A stretch of DNA of 64,000 bases from an uncultured delta proteobacterium (lineage in GTDB: Bacteria; Desulfobacterota; RBG-13-43-22), in NCBI GenBank assembly GCA_963843145.1, contig CAWJJC010000010.1, positions 64,001 to 128,000 of the forward strand. Direction: 5' to 3'. The position numbers and the translations under genes were made by a program. Below the pieces are notes generated by a model. That model did no database searches and was not told where the DNA came from. It saw only the letters and a program-made list of their open reading frames with translations. Positions 61,667-64,000 of this stretch are shown piece by piece; positions within the stretch are counted from its first letter, which is position 1; every line of letters begins with the position of its first letter.

Positions 61667-62707
61667 ATGGGTTCCCTGGCCTATTATCTAAAAAAACCGC
61701 TGACCATTGTCCGGACGGAAGTACTGGTGCTGCCCAGTCGGGTGGTGGTGGTCCTTTTCTTTCTGACCCTGCTGAGCCTGCCACTGCTCACCCATGATCC
61801 CTACCTGCTGCGCATCCTGATCTTGACCAGCATCTTTGCCATCCTGGCCTCAAGTTGGGACCTTCTTTCCGGCTTCACCGGCCAGATGAATTTCGGCCAT
61901 GCCCTGTTCTTCGGCGTGGGCGCCTACACCACCGCCCTCTTGAATATGCAGGCCCACATCCCCCCCTGGGGCAGCATTCCCCTGGGTGCGATAGCGGCCG
62001 TTCTGGCCGGGTTGGTCATTGGCATTCCCTGCCTCCGCTTAAGAGGAACCTACCTGGCTCTGACCACCCTGGCCTTTCCGATCATTTTGCTGGGCATCGT
62101 CACCGCCATCCCCAGCGTGACGGGGGGCGAATTGGGAATTTCCGGTATTTCGCGTCTCTCCGGCTCCCGGCTCAGCGACTACTACATTACGGTGGTACTC
62201 ATGCTCGGGTTATGCACCATCATGTGGAAGATCACCGATTCCAATACCGGTATTATTTTTCACGCCATCCGGGAGGATGAACTGGCTGTCCGGGCTTCGG
62301 GGATCAACACCACCCGCTATAAATTATTGGCCTTTTCGCTGAGTGGTTTTTTTGCCGGCATTTCCGGAGGGCTTTATGCCCACTTCATGCGCATCGCCGG
62401 CCCCTCCACCCTGGAGGTCTCCTTGTCGTTTACGGTGGTCATCTGGGCGGTTTTCGGAGGAATCGCCACCATCTACGGGCCCGTCGCGTCGGTTTTCATC
62501 TTGTTTCCCCTGCTGGAATTTTTTCGCTTCTGGCCCGAGTACCGGACCTTAATGTTCGCCATTATTATCCTTTTGATCCTGCTCTTCATGCCGGAGGGTC
62601 TGATCCACTGGGTCCGGGATAAAATTGAAAAGGAGTGCCCGCGGTGCAAGTTACGAAACGTGGCGACGCGCAAAACCTGCCGCGTCTGCACTGCACAATT
62701 AGATTGA
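61667..62707 (+). CDS. livM: LivM-like permease with C-terminal CxxC...CxxC
   Basis: GQMNFGHALFFG, AIREDE, PEGL. Confidence 0.88.
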   Translation: MGSLAYYLKKPLTIVRTEVLVLPSRVVVVLFFLTLLSLPLLTHDPYLLRILILTSIFAILASSWDLLSGFTGQMNFGHALFFGVGAYTTALLNMQAHIPPWGSIPLGAIAAVLAGLVIGIPCLRLRGTYLALTTLAFPIILLGIVTAIPSVTGGELGISGISRLSGSRLSDYYITVVLMLGLCTIMWKITDSNTGIIFHAIREDELAVRASGINTTRYKLLAFSLSGFFAGISGGLYAHFMRIAGPSTLEVSLSFTVVIWAVFGGIATIYGPVASVFILFPLLEFFRFWPEYRTLMFAIIILLILLFMPEGLIHWVRDKIEKECPRCKLRNVATRKTCRVCTAQLD

Positions 62708-62713
62708 AGGTTT

Positions 62714-62890
62714 CACCGCCAAGGCGCAAAGGGCGCAAAGGTATATATTTTAATTCGATCAATAACCGATCGAATTAAATTGAAATCAGAGTCTTAGAAA
62801 CGTATTAGCCGCAGGCCAAAGGCTTTTAAATTGGCCGCCCTCACGGCGGCCAATTTAAAAAATCTTTGCGGCCTTGGCGCCTTGGCGGCG
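62714..62890. repeat. 9-mer inverted repeat element
   Basis: caccgccaaggcgcaaagggcgcaaag ... ctttgcggccttggcgccttggcggcg. Confidence 0.7.
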
Positions 62891-62915
62891 AAAATTTTAC
62901 TCTAAGGAATTGGAT

Positions 62916-64000
62916 ATGGACCCTAAAGACGTATATCTTTCCAGACCCTGGCTGAAATTCTACCCCGAAGGGGTGCCGGCCGAACCCGTTGTTCCCGACA
63001 TTTCCGTCCCGGAGCTGTTCGACCGGATTGCCGACAAATATGCCTCCAAAACGGCCCTGGTCTTTTATGGCAAAAAAATAAGCTACGCCGAACTCAAGGA
63101 ACTGGCCAACCGCTTCGCCGTGGGCCTGGCCGGCCTGGGGGTCCAAAAGGGCGACACCGTGGCCCTGTATTTGCTGAACAGCCCCCAGTACGTCATCGCC
63201 TATTTTGCCGTCCTCAAGTTGGGGGCCAAGGTAACCCCGATCAGTCCGGTGTATACCAGCATCGAAGTGAAACATCAACTCACGGACAGCGAGGCCCGGA
63301 CCGTAATCTGCCAAGACCTGTTGTACGACAACCTGGAAAAGGCCGGGATGACCCCGGACCGAGTGATCCTGACCAGCATTGCCGAATACTTGCCGGCCAT
63401 GAAGAAATGGTTCGGCAAAAGCGCCCTGGCCAAGGCCTACGGCGGGATGGAACTGCCCTCGGCCGACAAAATCAAGAGGTTGGGGATTCGCCTGTTTCAA
63501 GAACCTGATCAAGGGGAACGCTCCCCAGCCCCCGATGGTCTCCATCGATCCGCATCAGGACCTGGCCGCCCTGCCCTACACCGGCGGTACCACCGGCCTG
63601 CCCAAGGCGGCCATGTTGACCCACTATAACATGGTTTCCCTCCAGGCCCAGATCTTGAGTTTCTGGCCCATCTTCGAGGAAGGGAAGGAAACGGTCATGG
63701 CCTTCCTGCCCTTTTTTCATATCTACGGCCAGGTGGTGGTCATGCTCGGCGGACTGGCCATGGGCGCCACCCTGGTGCTGTTTACCACCCCGGATATCGA
63801 AGAAATCCTCTCGGCCATGGAACGCTACCAGGCGTCAGGATTTTACGGGGTGCCGACCCTCTTTGAATACCTGAAGGAATATGAAAAAACCGACCGGGTC
63901 AATTGGAAAAAACTCAAAATGATCGCCTGCGGCGCCGACACTTTGCACGAGTCCACCATCGAAGGTTGGGAACGGCGGACCGGCTCCCGAATCTTCGAAG
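62916..64000 (+). CDS. Long-chain fatty-acid-CoA ligase (partial, frameshift near 63490)
   Basis: RPWLKFYPEGVP; YTGGTTGLPK in shifted frame; runs off the window. Confidence 0.85.

Overview
Moderately GC-rich bacterial DNA. Gene content and repeat families suggest an anaerobic Desulfobacterota (deltaproteobacterial) genome. Many single-base frameshifts suggest an unpolished long-read or MAG assembly. The core content is fatty-acid/organic-acid catabolism: three Liv-type ABC transporter sets (two incomplete in the window), four acyl-CoA ligases, acyl-CoA dehydrogenases, thiolases, FadB, ETF, an ACAD10/11- or Lva-like kinase plus dehydrogenase module and two DUF362 Fe-S proteins. There is also a TPP-riboswitch-controlled thiM-thiW-ECF operon and a GH57 enzyme. 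Accessory regions (3.2-6 kb, 9-13 kb, 20.5-31.1 kb) hold TA modules and remnants, a DDE IS with related MITEs, a RAYT remnant and secreted repeat proteins. The most notable item is a compact 2.1-kb IS-like element (29033-31141) that encodes only two tyrosine recombinases with intact catalytic motifs. It is bounded by 13-bp terminal inverted repeats and 17-bp subterminal inverted repeats, and flanked by a 7-bp direct repeat (CAGGAAG). No rRNA, tRNA or CRISPR array was seen.
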